Shown here: positions 19,904 to 28,420 of the stretch, piece by piece | How the letters are laid out: each line of letters starts with the position of its first letter | Numbering within the stretch: the first letter of the stretch is position 1 | Assembly (NCBI GenBank): GCA_937863565.1 | Contig: CALMGJ010000010.1 | Coordinates: forward strand, 75,413 to 139,412 | DNA from: an uncultured bacterium | Lineage (GTDB): Bacteria > AUK180 | Length of the DNA stretch: 64,000 nucleotides | Reading direction: 5' to 3' | The notes under the pieces: generated by a model | Told to the model about the DNA's origin: nothing | Databases searched by the model: none | The model's input: the letters and a program-made list of their open reading frames with translations, nothing else | Position numbers and translations under genes: made by a program

Positions 19904-21001
19904 ATGGAGAAAAATTCATTCACATTCCTTGAAGACCTGCTCAAGGAACCGAGTCCTTCCGGTTTCGAGGAAAGCGCAGCGAAAGTATGGAGGGCATATG
20001 CCAAGAAATTCGCCGATAAGGTCAAAGGCGATTTCCACGGCAATTCGTATGCCTCGATCAACGAGAAAGGGTCCCTGAGGATCTATATGTCCGGTCATAT
20101 AGACGAGATCGGCTTCATGGTCAAAACGGTCACGAACGAAGGGTTCATCAAGATCGCGCCCATCGGCGGCATAGACGGACATGTCGTAGTAGGCCAGAGG
20201 GTGTGGATCTATACCGAGAAAGGCCGTGTTTACGGCATCATCGGAAGGAAACCCATTCATCTGTTCAAAGCGGAAGACAGGACGAAGATCATGGAGATAG
20301 ACCAGATGTGGGTCGATATCGGCGCAAAGAACAAGAAGGAAGCAATGTCGCTCGTTTCGATCGGCGATCCAATCGTCATTGCCGCCGGTTTTGAAAAACT
20401 GAGGGGTGATTTATATGTGGCAAGGGCCTTTGACGACAGGATCGGGTCCTTTGTCGTAGCCGAAGCGCTCCGGCTACTTGCCGAAGGCAGGAATAAAAAT
20501 AAAAAATCCGGGAAAAATAAAAAGTCCGGCATCGGGCATAATGTGACCGCGGTAGCTACTGTTCAGGAAGAGATAGGCCTGAGAGGAGCGACCACGAGCG
20601 CATATAATGTTCAGCCTCATATCGGCTTTGCCGTGGATGTTACATTCGCTTCAGACAGCCCGGGAAGCACCGAGGACATGATCGGCACGATAAAATGCGG
20701 CGGCGGTCCTGTTATCGCCCGCGGGCCGAACATTAATCCGCGGCTTTTCAATCTGATCGTGAAAACGGCAAAAGCAAATAAGATCCCGTATCAGGTAACC
20801 GGTGTTCCGAGAGGCACGGGTACGGACGCGAATGCGATCCAGCTCACACGCGGCGGCGTGGCAACCGCCCTAATCAGTATTCCGAACAGATATATGCATA
20901 CGCCGGTCGAAGTTGTCTCGCTCGCTGATGTTGCAAACTGCGCCAAGCTCATCGCCTGTACGATAGAGAACATAAGATCGGCTGACGATTTCCTGATCTG
21001 A
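19904..21001 (+). CDS. M42 family aminopeptidase
   Basis: SPSGFE, GHIDEIG, AFDDRIG, VQEEIGLRGA, GTDA, RYMHTPVE. Confidence 0.94.
   Translation: MEKNSFTFLEDLLKEPSPSGFEESAAKVWRAYAKKFADKVKGDFHGNSYASINEKGSLRIYMSGHIDEIGFMVKTVTNEGFIKIAPIGGIDGHVVVGQRVWIYTEKGRVYGIIGRKPIHLFKAEDRTKIMEIDQMWVDIGAKNKKEAMSLVSIGDPIVIAAGFEKLRGDLYVARAFDDRIGSFVVAEALRLLAEGRNKNKKSGKNKKSGIGHNVTAVATVQEEIGLRGATTSAYNVQPHIGFAVDVTFASDSPGSTEDMIGTIKCGGGPVIARGPNINPRLFNLIVKTAKANKIPYQVTGVPRGTGTDANAIQLTRGGVATALISIPNRYMHTPVEVVSLADVANCAKLIACTIENIRSADDFLI
20495..20530 (+). repeat. 18-bp tandem duplication encoding KNKKSG twice
   Basis: AAAAATAAAAAATCCGGG AAAAATAAAAAGTCCGGC. Confidence 0.8.
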
Positions 21002-21017
21002 GAACTCCGGAAAGAAG

Positions 21018-22214
21018 CTGAAGAAGATAATCTTCATCGAATTCACGGGAAGGGGCGGCATTCATCAATACACCGCCCTTTATCAGGCCGGGCTGAAAAA
21101 ACGGGGGTACGGCACAGCCTTGATCACGGGCCGCGACCCCGAATCCCATGAGATCCCCGGAGTGAAGCGTTACTGCATTGAACCCTATGAAGGGCTTCTT
21201 AAAGCCGCATTCGATGCAAAGAACGCCTTGAAAAATCTTATGAAAGGAAAAGGGCAGAGGCCTGCAGAAACAGGGAAAGGGATCAATACAAATTCACCGC
21301 TCGGGATCAGATTCCTCTGGAGCAAGATCCTCCGCTCTATAAGAAGAGAGAAACCCGATGCCGTTCATATCCAGTGGCTGTGGGATTATTATCCGGAACA
21401 GGTATCCTATATCGCGAAACTGGCAGCCGGCGGCGTCAGGTTCTTTTATACCTTCCATAATTCAAAACCGCATGAAGGCTTCGCTCAGGGGATAAAGGAT
21501 TTTTTTAAAGCGCTTCATCCCCATCTCACGCTTTGCTTCACGCATTCCGAATTCGATAAGAAAGAGGTCACCCGCCTCTACGGCATTCCCGGGGATAAGG
21601 TCCGCGTACTCAAGATGTTCAATCCGCTCGCCGTATTCCCAAAAGAAAAGAAGCTTGACCCGCGAATGGTGGTGCTCCTTTTCTTCGGATATATCAGGCA
21701 GTATAAAGGGCTTGACCGGCTTATCGGCCTTCTCGGTTCGGATGACCCCGTCTACGATAATGTGAAGCTCCATATCCTTGGCAGCGTATCGGACAAAGAC
21801 AGGGGGGTCTATGAGGAACTTATCGGAAAGAACGGAAGAAAACAGAATATAGAATGGGACATCGGATATGCCGGTCCGGAAAAAGTTTCGGAGGCCTTTG
21901 CGCACGCGGATGTTCTCGTTCTGCCGTACAGGGATGCTACGCAGTCGGCCGTGATACCGCTCGCATATTATACGCGCACACCCGTGATCGTGAACGATGT
22001 CGGCGGCCTTTCGGAGAACGTTTCCGACGGCAGGACGGGTTTCGTTCTGAAGGAGCCGTTCGAAGAGCGTTTCACCGCGCTTCTTAAAAGAGAGAACATA
22101 AAAGAGCTTCTCGGCGAAATGTCCGGTAACGCTCTTTCATATTATAACGATAATCTGGAAACGGAGAAGGTAATAGATTCATATATCAAGATGATATCCT
22201 CGTTCATCCGTTAG
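21018..22214 (+). CDS. GT4-family glycosyltransferase (probable CTG start)
   Basis: LLFFGYIRQYKGLD, ADVLVLPYRDATQSAV, VGGLSENV. In-frame upstream extension KKIIFIEFTGRGGIHQY supplies the typical GT4 first strand and GG loop (ORF track starts at 21120). Confidence 0.85.
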   Translation: MKKIIFIEFTGRGGIHQYTALYQAGLKKRGYGTALITGRDPESHEIPGVKRYCIEPYEGLLKAAFDAKNALKNLMKGKGQRPAETGKGINTNSPLGIRFLWSKILRSIRREKPDAVHIQWLWDYYPEQVSYIAKLAAGGVRFFYTFHNSKPHEGFAQGIKDFFKALHPHLTLCFTHSEFDKKEVTRLYGIPGDKVRVLKMFNPLAVFPKEKKLDPRMVVLLFFGYIRQYKGLDRLIGLLGSDDPVYDNVKLHILGSVSDKDRGVYEELIGKNGRKQNIEWDIGYAGPEKVSEAFAHADVLVLPYRDATQSAVIPLAYYTRTPVIVNDVGGLSENVSDGRTGFVLKEPFEERFTALLKRENIKELLGEMSGNALSYYNDNLETEKVIDSYIKMISSFIR

Positions 22215-22291
22215 ATTCCGGATATGCTCTCGGACGGCGATCCGGTCCGCGGCCCTCTTTGGAGCCGTGCGCATACCGGTCGCCGGAGACA

Positions 22292-22624
22292 TCAAAGGAA
22301 ACTCTGACGAAACCCGGCCGTATGATAATATGGAGATCGCTTGTCCTCGGTTCCTTGCGTTCTTCCTTGCCCATCCACTTTCACTTTTACATAGAATTCC
22401 CTGTCCCTTACCATATGGAACACGATAAAAATAAGAAGGTTCACTTCTGTTTCAGAGACTGCTGAAACAGGCGCAAGATACTCGGTCCTCCATTTCCCGT
22501 TGCTGTATTTCATGTCAAGACGGAAAAAAATCGAATAGAAAGCATTGATCCCGTTGAAGTCGAAAACAATACCTTCTCCGGTTCTCTTTACGGAAAATAA
22601 GGAAGAAAATACTTTCTCTTTCAT
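22292..22624 (-). CDS. Hypothetical protein
   Basis: 110-aa ORF filling the gap; TATAAT 8 nt upstream of ATG; no recognisable motif. Confidence 0.45.
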   Translation of the reverse strand: MKEKVFSSLFSVKRTGEGIVFDFNGINAFYSIFFRLDMKYSNGKWRTEYLAPVSAVSETEVNLLIFIVFHMVRDREFYVKVKVDGQGRTQGTEDKRSPYYHTAGFRQSFL

Positions 22625-22882
22625 TCTACCATATTATAAAGAAAACCCACTTCGGACATAGGGGGATAATATGTGCGAATAGAAAAGAAGATAGGACGGC
22701 TTCGCGGCAAGTTCCACATGCGCGGCCCGGTGTCTGCCCGAATATTGTGCAAAACCTCCGGGATTTTAAGAAAAAGCCCTTTATTATATATGTTAAATAC
22801 GGCAGGCGCTACAGATCCAATTGCAGGGGAAATCAAAAAAGAGATAGGCGCAAAATGAAAGATCGAAAACGGGGGAAATCTC

Positions 22883-22910
22883 TTGACTTAAACTTTTAAG
22901 ATGATATTAT
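22883..22910 (+). promoter_or_regulatory. Sigma70 promoter of argF-dtd
   Basis: TTGACT-N16-TATTAT with extended TG. Confidence 0.6.
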
Positions 22911-22935
22911 ATTGAAAATCCAACGGAGGTATCGT

Positions 22936-23874
22936 ATGCATATGCTTAAAAAGGACCTTGTTTCAATTCTGGATTGGAACGAGGAAGAGATCAAACACCT
23001 TTTCAAAACTGCGGAGCGGATAAAGAATTACCAGAAGACCGGCGTGGAATTCCACTCCCTTAAAGGTAAAACGCTCGGTATGATGTTCTCTAAGGCTTCA
23101 ACGAGGACGAGGGTCTCTTTCGAAGTCGGCATGTACCAGCTCGGAGGGTATCCTCTTTATCTTGACATCAAAGCCAATCTGCAAGTAGGAAGGGGAGAGA
23201 CCATCGAGGATACGGCCAGAGTGCTTTCCAGATATCTGGACGGCATAATGATCAGGACATTCTCTCACGACGATGTCGTGAAACTTGCCAAGTACTCTTC
23301 CATTCCCGTTATCAACGGGCTTACGGACCTTTTGCATCCCTGTCAGGTCCTGACGGATATCTTCACCTTCATCGAACACAGGGGGGATCCGAAGGGAGCC
23401 AATGTCGTTTTCATAGGCGACGGCAATAATATGGCGCATTCATGGCTCAATGGCGCAGCAAGATGCGGAATGAACCTTACAATAGCCTCTCCGAAAGGTT
23501 TTGAAGTGAAAAAGGATGTTTTCGACGCTGCATCGGCCGTGGCTAAATACAATGGATGTACATTGAAGCTCACCAATGACCCGAGGGAAGCCGTCAAAGG
23601 CGCCGACCTTCTTTATACGGATGTCTGGGCTTCGATGGGCCAGGAAGCTGAAGCGAAAGAGAGAGTGAAAAAATTCGAAGGATTCCAGTTGAACAGGGAA
23701 CTCGTCGATCTTGCCGATAAAGATGTCCTCATCATGCACTGCCTTCCCGCTCACAGGGGAGAGGAGATCACAGATGATGTTATCGATGATCCGAAACACT
23801 CCGTCGTTTTTGATGAGGCGGAAAACAGACTTCACCTGCAAAAAGGAATACTGCATATACTCATGACCAAATGA
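22936..23874 (+). CDS. argF: Ornithine carbamoyltransferase
   Basis: STRTRVSF, HPCQ, GDGNN, TDVWASMG, HCLPAHRG, EAENRLH; SD GGAGGT before ATG 22936/22942. Confidence 0.96.
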   Translation: MHMLKKDLVSILDWNEEEIKHLFKTAERIKNYQKTGVEFHSLKGKTLGMMFSKASTRTRVSFEVGMYQLGGYPLYLDIKANLQVGRGETIEDTARVLSRYLDGIMIRTFSHDDVVKLAKYSSIPVINGLTDLLHPCQVLTDIFTFIEHRGDPKGANVVFIGDGNNMAHSWLNGAARCGMNLTIASPKGFEVKKDVFDAASAVAKYNGCTLKLTNDPREAVKGADLLYTDVWASMGQEAEAKERVKKFEGFQLNRELVDLADKDVLIMHCLPAHRGEEITDDVIDDPKHSVVFDEAENRLHLQKGILHILMTK

Positions 23875-24305
23875 TCGCAGTAATACAGCGCGTTTCACGC
23901 GCCTCCCTGCGGATAGACGGAAAAGAGAAGGCCTCCCTCAAGGGGGGCCTTCTTATCTTATTGGGCATATCGAAAAAAGCAAAAGAAGAGGATATTCCGC
24001 GCTTGGCCAAAAAAATACTCAATCTCAGGATATTCTCCGATGAAGGAGGAAAAATGAACCTCTCCGTAACGGATGTCAAAGGCGGTATTCTCCTCGTTTC
24101 GCAGTTCACCCTCTGCGCTGATGCATCTAAAGGGAACAGACCTTCATTCGGCAGGGCGATGGACCCTGCGGGGTCCTTTAAACTATACGGACTCCTCAGG
24201 GATGAACTCAAGAGATCGGGCCTTGATGTTCAGGAAGGGCAATTCGGCGCTCATATGGAAGTCGAACTGGTCAACGACGGTCCTGTTACACTGATCCTTC
24301 CTTAA
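23871..24305 (+). CDS. dtd: D-aminoacyl-tRNA deacylase
   Basis: VIQRV, LRIF, VSQFTL, GNRPSF, NDGPVT. Confidence 0.95.
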   Translation: MIAVIQRVSRASLRIDGKEKASLKGGLLILLGISKKAKEEDIPRLAKKILNLRIFSDEGGKMNLSVTDVKGGILLVSQFTLCADASKGNRPSFGRAMDPAGSFKLYGLLRDELKRSGLDVQEGQFGAHMEVELVNDGPVTLILP

Positions 24306-26263
24306 AGTACGAATTTGAAAAGCAGGCTTTTTCCTGTATCTGACTGAAATCTGTAACCCAAATAAAAAAATGTCTTCGGAAAAGGTTCCCAGGAGAGAAG
24401 TGTTTCATAGATCCTCACTGATCCCGGGCCGGACAACTGGTATTTTCCTCTTATGAAAAGCCTCTCCGTTATGTTCAGATATGCATTGAAGATCTGGATC
24501 TCGTTCTCAAAAGGTTCCGTCAAAAGCCCCGTCGTATCTGCCGAAAGCGTATAATCGATAATGAGCCTGTTCAGCGGTTTTGCCGAAACATAGAAGGAAA
24601 AAGCCCTGAAAACCCGGTCGACCGCTTCAATATAATCGGCCCTCGTTCCGCTTCTTGCGCTTATTGAGAAGCGTATCTTTTCAGAGGCGGGGGTAGAAAC
24701 GCTGAAATACGTTTCTTTCATACGGTAAAGATATCCGGAGAATTCTTCGGCGCCTGCTCCGACGCTGAAATAGAAGGACATAAGATTCTTTAGAATGGGG
24801 TTGAAGTAAATGACCATCCCGTCTCTGTCCTTCTCCGAACTCACTCCGGCATACATGTTCCCCTGCACGCCGAAAATGATCTGGTTGAAGTTGTGCGGGA
24901 ACACGAAAAAAGAAACGCCGGCCAATCCTCCGAGCAGATCGTTCTCGGAAAGGTATCCGGAAGGAGAAGCGAAAACATCATCGATCCTGCAGAGCCAGCC
25001 GTAAACCTGCATGAAGCTGTTGTAATAGGAGATTTCGGTGCTGCCGTAAGTCCCGGTGATCCCGTCGATCTCAGAATTGAGGTAGCTTAAGTTCAGCACG
25101 AGATTCTGTTCTGGCGAATAGATGACGGAGAATCCTCCAGTGAAATCCCTCCTGACAAGCGAGAAATACCCTCTCAATTTCACCTTATCCCAGATATTCA
25201 GAAGCGTGTTCCCGAGATAAGTTGTCCTTTCTTCTTCAGGCTCTGCAAGATCGTTCTCGGAAAGAGCCATGAGGAGCGTTTCGGATTCATTGATGTCCAG
25301 AATGAATTTAGCGCCTAAAAGGGGTTTTGAAACCCTTCTTGAATAAAAAACGAGCTCGGGCGGCATGAAGGCGGCGCTTCCCGTAAAGAAGTCGCGCCTC
25401 TCCTGACGGTAAAGTTCATACCTTGTGAAATTAAAAGAAAGATCGTCCGCTTCGATCTGTGCATAATCAGGATTGAAGATCAGTGCTCCGGAAAATGTCC
25501 CGGCATAACTGAATTCCGCGTCGCCTCCCATATCCGGGTCGGTTTCCCGTTCGAGATCCGACCTTAAAAAAATGAAGGGGGAAACATCGACATACAGCTG
25601 CTCCTTGATAGGGAAAGAAAATTCGGCCAATACGGCTTTCTCCATATTCGTGGCCGATTCCAGAGGTCCGAGGGGTACCATAGAACAGCTCTCGTTCGTA
25701 TTATACGTGAAACGCAGGATATTCAGACGGAACCTTTCGGCGCCTTTTTTAAAATCAAGAGCATTGAACGGGATGAATATCTCGGCATTCCAGCCATCGC
25801 TCGTATCGGCTGTTCGGCCGTACCACTCCGCATTCCAGCTTTTATTGAAAAGGCCGTTATTGAGAAAATACGCGTCGATCTTCAGGCCTCCCCTCAAAAC
25901 GGTGAAATAGTAACCGCTCCTTCCGCGGCCCTCCGGATCGATAAGGATAGAGATCATATCGGAAGAATTGGTCTGTTCGGTCATCCCGTAAGTAGGAGGA
26001 GTTCTTTCCGGCGGTTGGGTGCACTCAAAGAAGAAATACAATCCCTTGGGAGAATATACGCCCCACACCCTTGTGCTGTCCGTTTCACGGACACCGTTGA
26101 CGGGAAGCCGCTGGATCAGGCCGTCTGAAAAAAAAGATCCTTCGTAAATATCTTCGCGGACAGCGTCAAGAACGATCTCTCCTTCGTCAATAAGCTTAAA
26201 AGGCGCCGCCCAGGTAAAAAATGACAATAGGCATATAAAGATAAAAAGAAGCGTTCTTTTCAC
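24302..26263 (-). CDS. Secreted/outer-membrane protein with CBM9-like and DUF5916-like domains
   Basis: Signal peptide; W.AEIFIPF..L; NPDYAQIEAD..RYELY..ERRDFF..FYSRR; beta-rich C-terminus. Confidence 0.75.
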   Translation of the reverse strand: MKRTLLFIFICLLSFFTWAAPFKLIDEGEIVLDAVREDIYEGSFFSDGLIQRLPVNGVRETDSTRVWGVYSPKGLYFFFECTQPPERTPPTYGMTEQTNSSDMISILIDPEGRGRSGYYFTVLRGGLKIDAYFLNNGLFNKSWNAEWYGRTADTSDGWNAEIFIPFNALDFKKGAERFRLNILRFTYNTNESCSMVPLGPLESATNMEKAVLAEFSFPIKEQLYVDVSPFIFLRSDLERETDPDMGGDAEFSYAGTFSGALIFNPDYAQIEADDLSFNFTRYELYRQERRDFFTGSAAFMPPELVFYSRRVSKPLLGAKFILDINESETLLMALSENDLAEPEEERTTYLGNTLLNIWDKVKLRGYFSLVRRDFTGGFSVIYSPEQNLVLNLSYLNSEIDGITGTYGSTEISYYNSFMQVYGWLCRIDDVFASPSGYLSENDLLGGLAGVSFFVFPHNFNQIIFGVQGNMYAGVSSEKDRDGMVIYFNPILKNLMSFYFSVGAGAEEFSGYLYRMKETYFSVSTPASEKIRFSISARSGTRADYIEAVDRVFRAFSFYVSAKPLNRLIIDYTLSADTTGLLTEPFENEIQIFNAYLNITERLFIRGKYQLSGPGSVRIYETLLSWEPFPKTFFYLGYRFQSDTGKSLLFKFVL

Positions 26264-26329
26264 AAACTGATTATAACATAAAAGGATATTAAAATGAAAT
26301 TGCGAGCGAACGAAGCGGGAAAAAAACTC

Positions 26330-26695
26330 TCAGTTCTCCACTACGAAAACGAATGTCCTATTACCGATCTGAACCTTTGTATTGTTCTTCAAAATGGCCT
26401 TGGCTATCGGCTTATCATTCACAAAGGTCCCGTTGGTAGATCCCAGATCCTCTATTATGAACGCATCCGCTTTCTTCGTGATCACACAGTGTATCCTGGA
26501 AACCTTCTCGTCATTGTTTATGCTAAGCGCGCAATCCCCTGACCGACCGATAATAAAAGGTGTTTTAGAGATCTCGTGTTTCGACTGATTGTCGACATCT
26601 ACCAGATAGGAAATCCCATGAGTTAACGGTTCAAAATCAACTTTCTTCATCTTCGAATCAACTACCGTTTCGTTCTGATAATCTTTATTGTCCAT
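26330..26695 (-). CDS. FHA domain protein
   Basis: IGRS, VSRIH, DLGSTNGTFVN. Confidence 0.92.
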   Translation of the reverse strand: MDNKDYQNETVVDSKMKKVDFEPLTHGISYLVDVDNQSKHEISKTPFIIGRSGDCALSINNDEKVSRIHCVITKKADAFIIEDLGSTNGTFVNDKPIAKAILKNNTKVQIGNRTFVFVVEN

Positions 26696-26715
26696 TTACC
26701 ATCTCCCAACAATAT

Positions 26716-26743
26716 ATTATAATACTTTGGCAATAAAAGTCAA
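26716..26743 (-). promoter_or_regulatory. Sigma70 promoter of the FHA gene
   Basis: Minus strand TTGACT-N16-TATAAT. Confidence 0.65.
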
Positions 26744-26791
26744 GCGGATAATATGCTCGCGGTGTGATTATTCACAAAAAAATGCTATATT

Positions 26792-27583
26792 TCAGAAAGC
26801 CCTGTACGAATCGAGCCTTATGCCCTGCTTCTCGGTCTCGGACAACCTGCCTTTATCCCAAAATAGCGCCGATTCCCAGTCGCCGTACATCGGATTGGGA
26901 AGTATAATGAATTTTTTGCCGAACAAGCTGCCATTTTCATCCGTCGCCTCGGAGCGTTCCCCTATCCCCTTATTGAAGAATATATTCGAAAAATCATTGA
27001 GATTGTCGCCGATGAGAAGAACGATGTCATACATAAGAGCGATCTTCTGTCTGGTGTATTCCTTGTCGGATGAGCCTTCTCTTAGAAAGATATGTTCTTT
27101 ATCGGCGAACGGGAACCCGAGATCCTTCAAATTCTTTAATGTGCAATCATACAGATGCTTTTTCCTGTTCGTTACATAAAATACCTCAATGCCGTTCTTT
27201 TCTGCGAACTTAATGAATTCAAGGGCGCCGGGAACAGGCCGGGCTTCGGATCTTTTGCACCACTCATCCCAACCGGCGGGGTAGTTCCGGTTGTTCTTCA
27301 GGACCCAGCCCTGGTACGGCGAGTTATCAAGAACGGTCTCGTCGATATCCGTGATAACGGCAGGCTTTAGGCTCTTATCCCTGGGCGTATTGATGTATTC
27401 CGTAAGCCGGTCCCTTGCCGAATTGAAGGCCTGAAGGCAAAGAGCCTTGTATTCGGCAGACGTCTGCACCCACAGAACGGACATAAGCGTATATTCGGTA
27501 GAGAGATCCGTTCTCTCGAGCGCGGCGTTCCGTGCAGTAAAGATGAATAAAGCGGCAAAGAAAAGAAGAAGAACCTTTCTCAT
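26792..27583 (-). CDS. Class C acid phosphatase / 5'-nucleotidase, e(P4) family
   Basis: SAEYKALCLQAFN, DIDETVLDNSPY, YVTNR, IGDNLNDF, LPNPMYGDWE; signal-like MRKVLLLFF start. Confidence 0.9.
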   Translation of the reverse strand: MRKVLLLFFAALFIFTARNAALERTDLSTEYTLMSVLWVQTSAEYKALCLQAFNSARDRLTEYINTPRDKSLKPAVITDIDETVLDNSPYQGWVLKNNRNYPAGWDEWCKRSEARPVPGALEFIKFAEKNGIEVFYVTNRKKHLYDCTLKNLKDLGFPFADKEHIFLREGSSDKEYTRQKIALMYDIVLLIGDNLNDFSNIFFNKGIGERSEATDENGSLFGKKFIILPNPMYGDWESALFWDKGRLSETEKQGIRLDSYRAF

Positions 27584-27587
27584 ACCA

Positions 27588-28367
27588 TTACTTACCGATA
27601 AGTTTTTTAAGCATATCCATCCCTTCAAGGGCGTCTTTATCGGTATCGTCGCCGGATGGTTCGGTCTCATTCGTTTTCTGCGTCTCTTCTGCCGGCATCA
27701 AACCTTCCATGAACAGGGCCATGAAGCTCGCGGCTTTTTTATATCCCGCCGGAAGTTCGAAAAGCGAGGCGCTTACGGCTCCGAAGCGGATGTCCTCAAC
27801 GAGAAAAACGACCTTAGCCTGAGCATCCTGCATCTCAACCTTTACCGGAATGCCGTCTTTCTTCGATTCCCATACGGTCCTTTCCGACCTTGTTTGCGGA
27901 GAGCTCTTGAGATATGATTTAACATTATATTTCTTACAGTCCCATTTCCCTACTTTCTCTTCGCCAAGGAGCTTTCTCTCCTCTACATAATCGGCGGCAA
28001 GTTCTCCTCCCGTATCCTTAAGGTTCATCTCCGCGTATCCCTTCTTGCTGTGGATAATCATGTAGGCTTTTGCCGAAGCCGCGTCCGAGATCACGGAATA
28101 GGGGAACATGGGGTCCTTTGCCGGATCATAGTTCTTTTCGGTAGTGGAGATGAGCGAGAGGTCGGAACGCATCTTCCCTTTGGATATATAGACCTTCTGG
28201 GAAAGAACGGAAACGGCGCCGTCTTTCTGAGTGGACGTGTTCCTTGCTGTGATCGTCATATCGGGCGCATTCTTCAAAAGTTTCGCCCAGGGATTGTAAT
28301 TATTCTGCTGAGCGAAAGCGCAGACAAGAAGACCGACGACCAAGATAAATACTGCTGTTCTTTTCAT
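27588..28367 (-). CDS. Secreted DUF4412/LolA-like fold protein
   Basis: Signal peptide; LGEEKVGKWDCKKY, GIPVK, SLFELPAGY; SD AGGAGG. Confidence 0.7.
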   Translation of the reverse strand: MKRTAVFILVVGLLVCAFAQQNNYNPWAKLLKNAPDMTITARNTSTQKDGAVSVLSQKVYISKGKMRSDLSLISTTEKNYDPAKDPMFPYSVISDAASAKAYMIIHSKKGYAEMNLKDTGGELAADYVEERKLLGEEKVGKWDCKKYNVKSYLKSSPQTRSERTVWESKKDGIPVKVEMQDAQAKVVFLVEDIRFGAVSASLFELPAGYKKAASFMALFMEGLMPAEETQKTNETEPSGDDTDKDALEGMDMLKKLIGK

Positions 28368-28420
28368 ATAACCTCCTTTTATATCCTAATATGGCAGCAT
28401 GATAATCATTTCGCGGGCGA

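Noticed and set aside
22640..22880. Long intergenic region as possible riboswitch, ncRNA or 61-aa ORF (22673-22858); possible ArgR box before argF
   Set aside because: No recognisable aptamer motifs, long-range pairing or ARG-box match; the ORF has no convincing features
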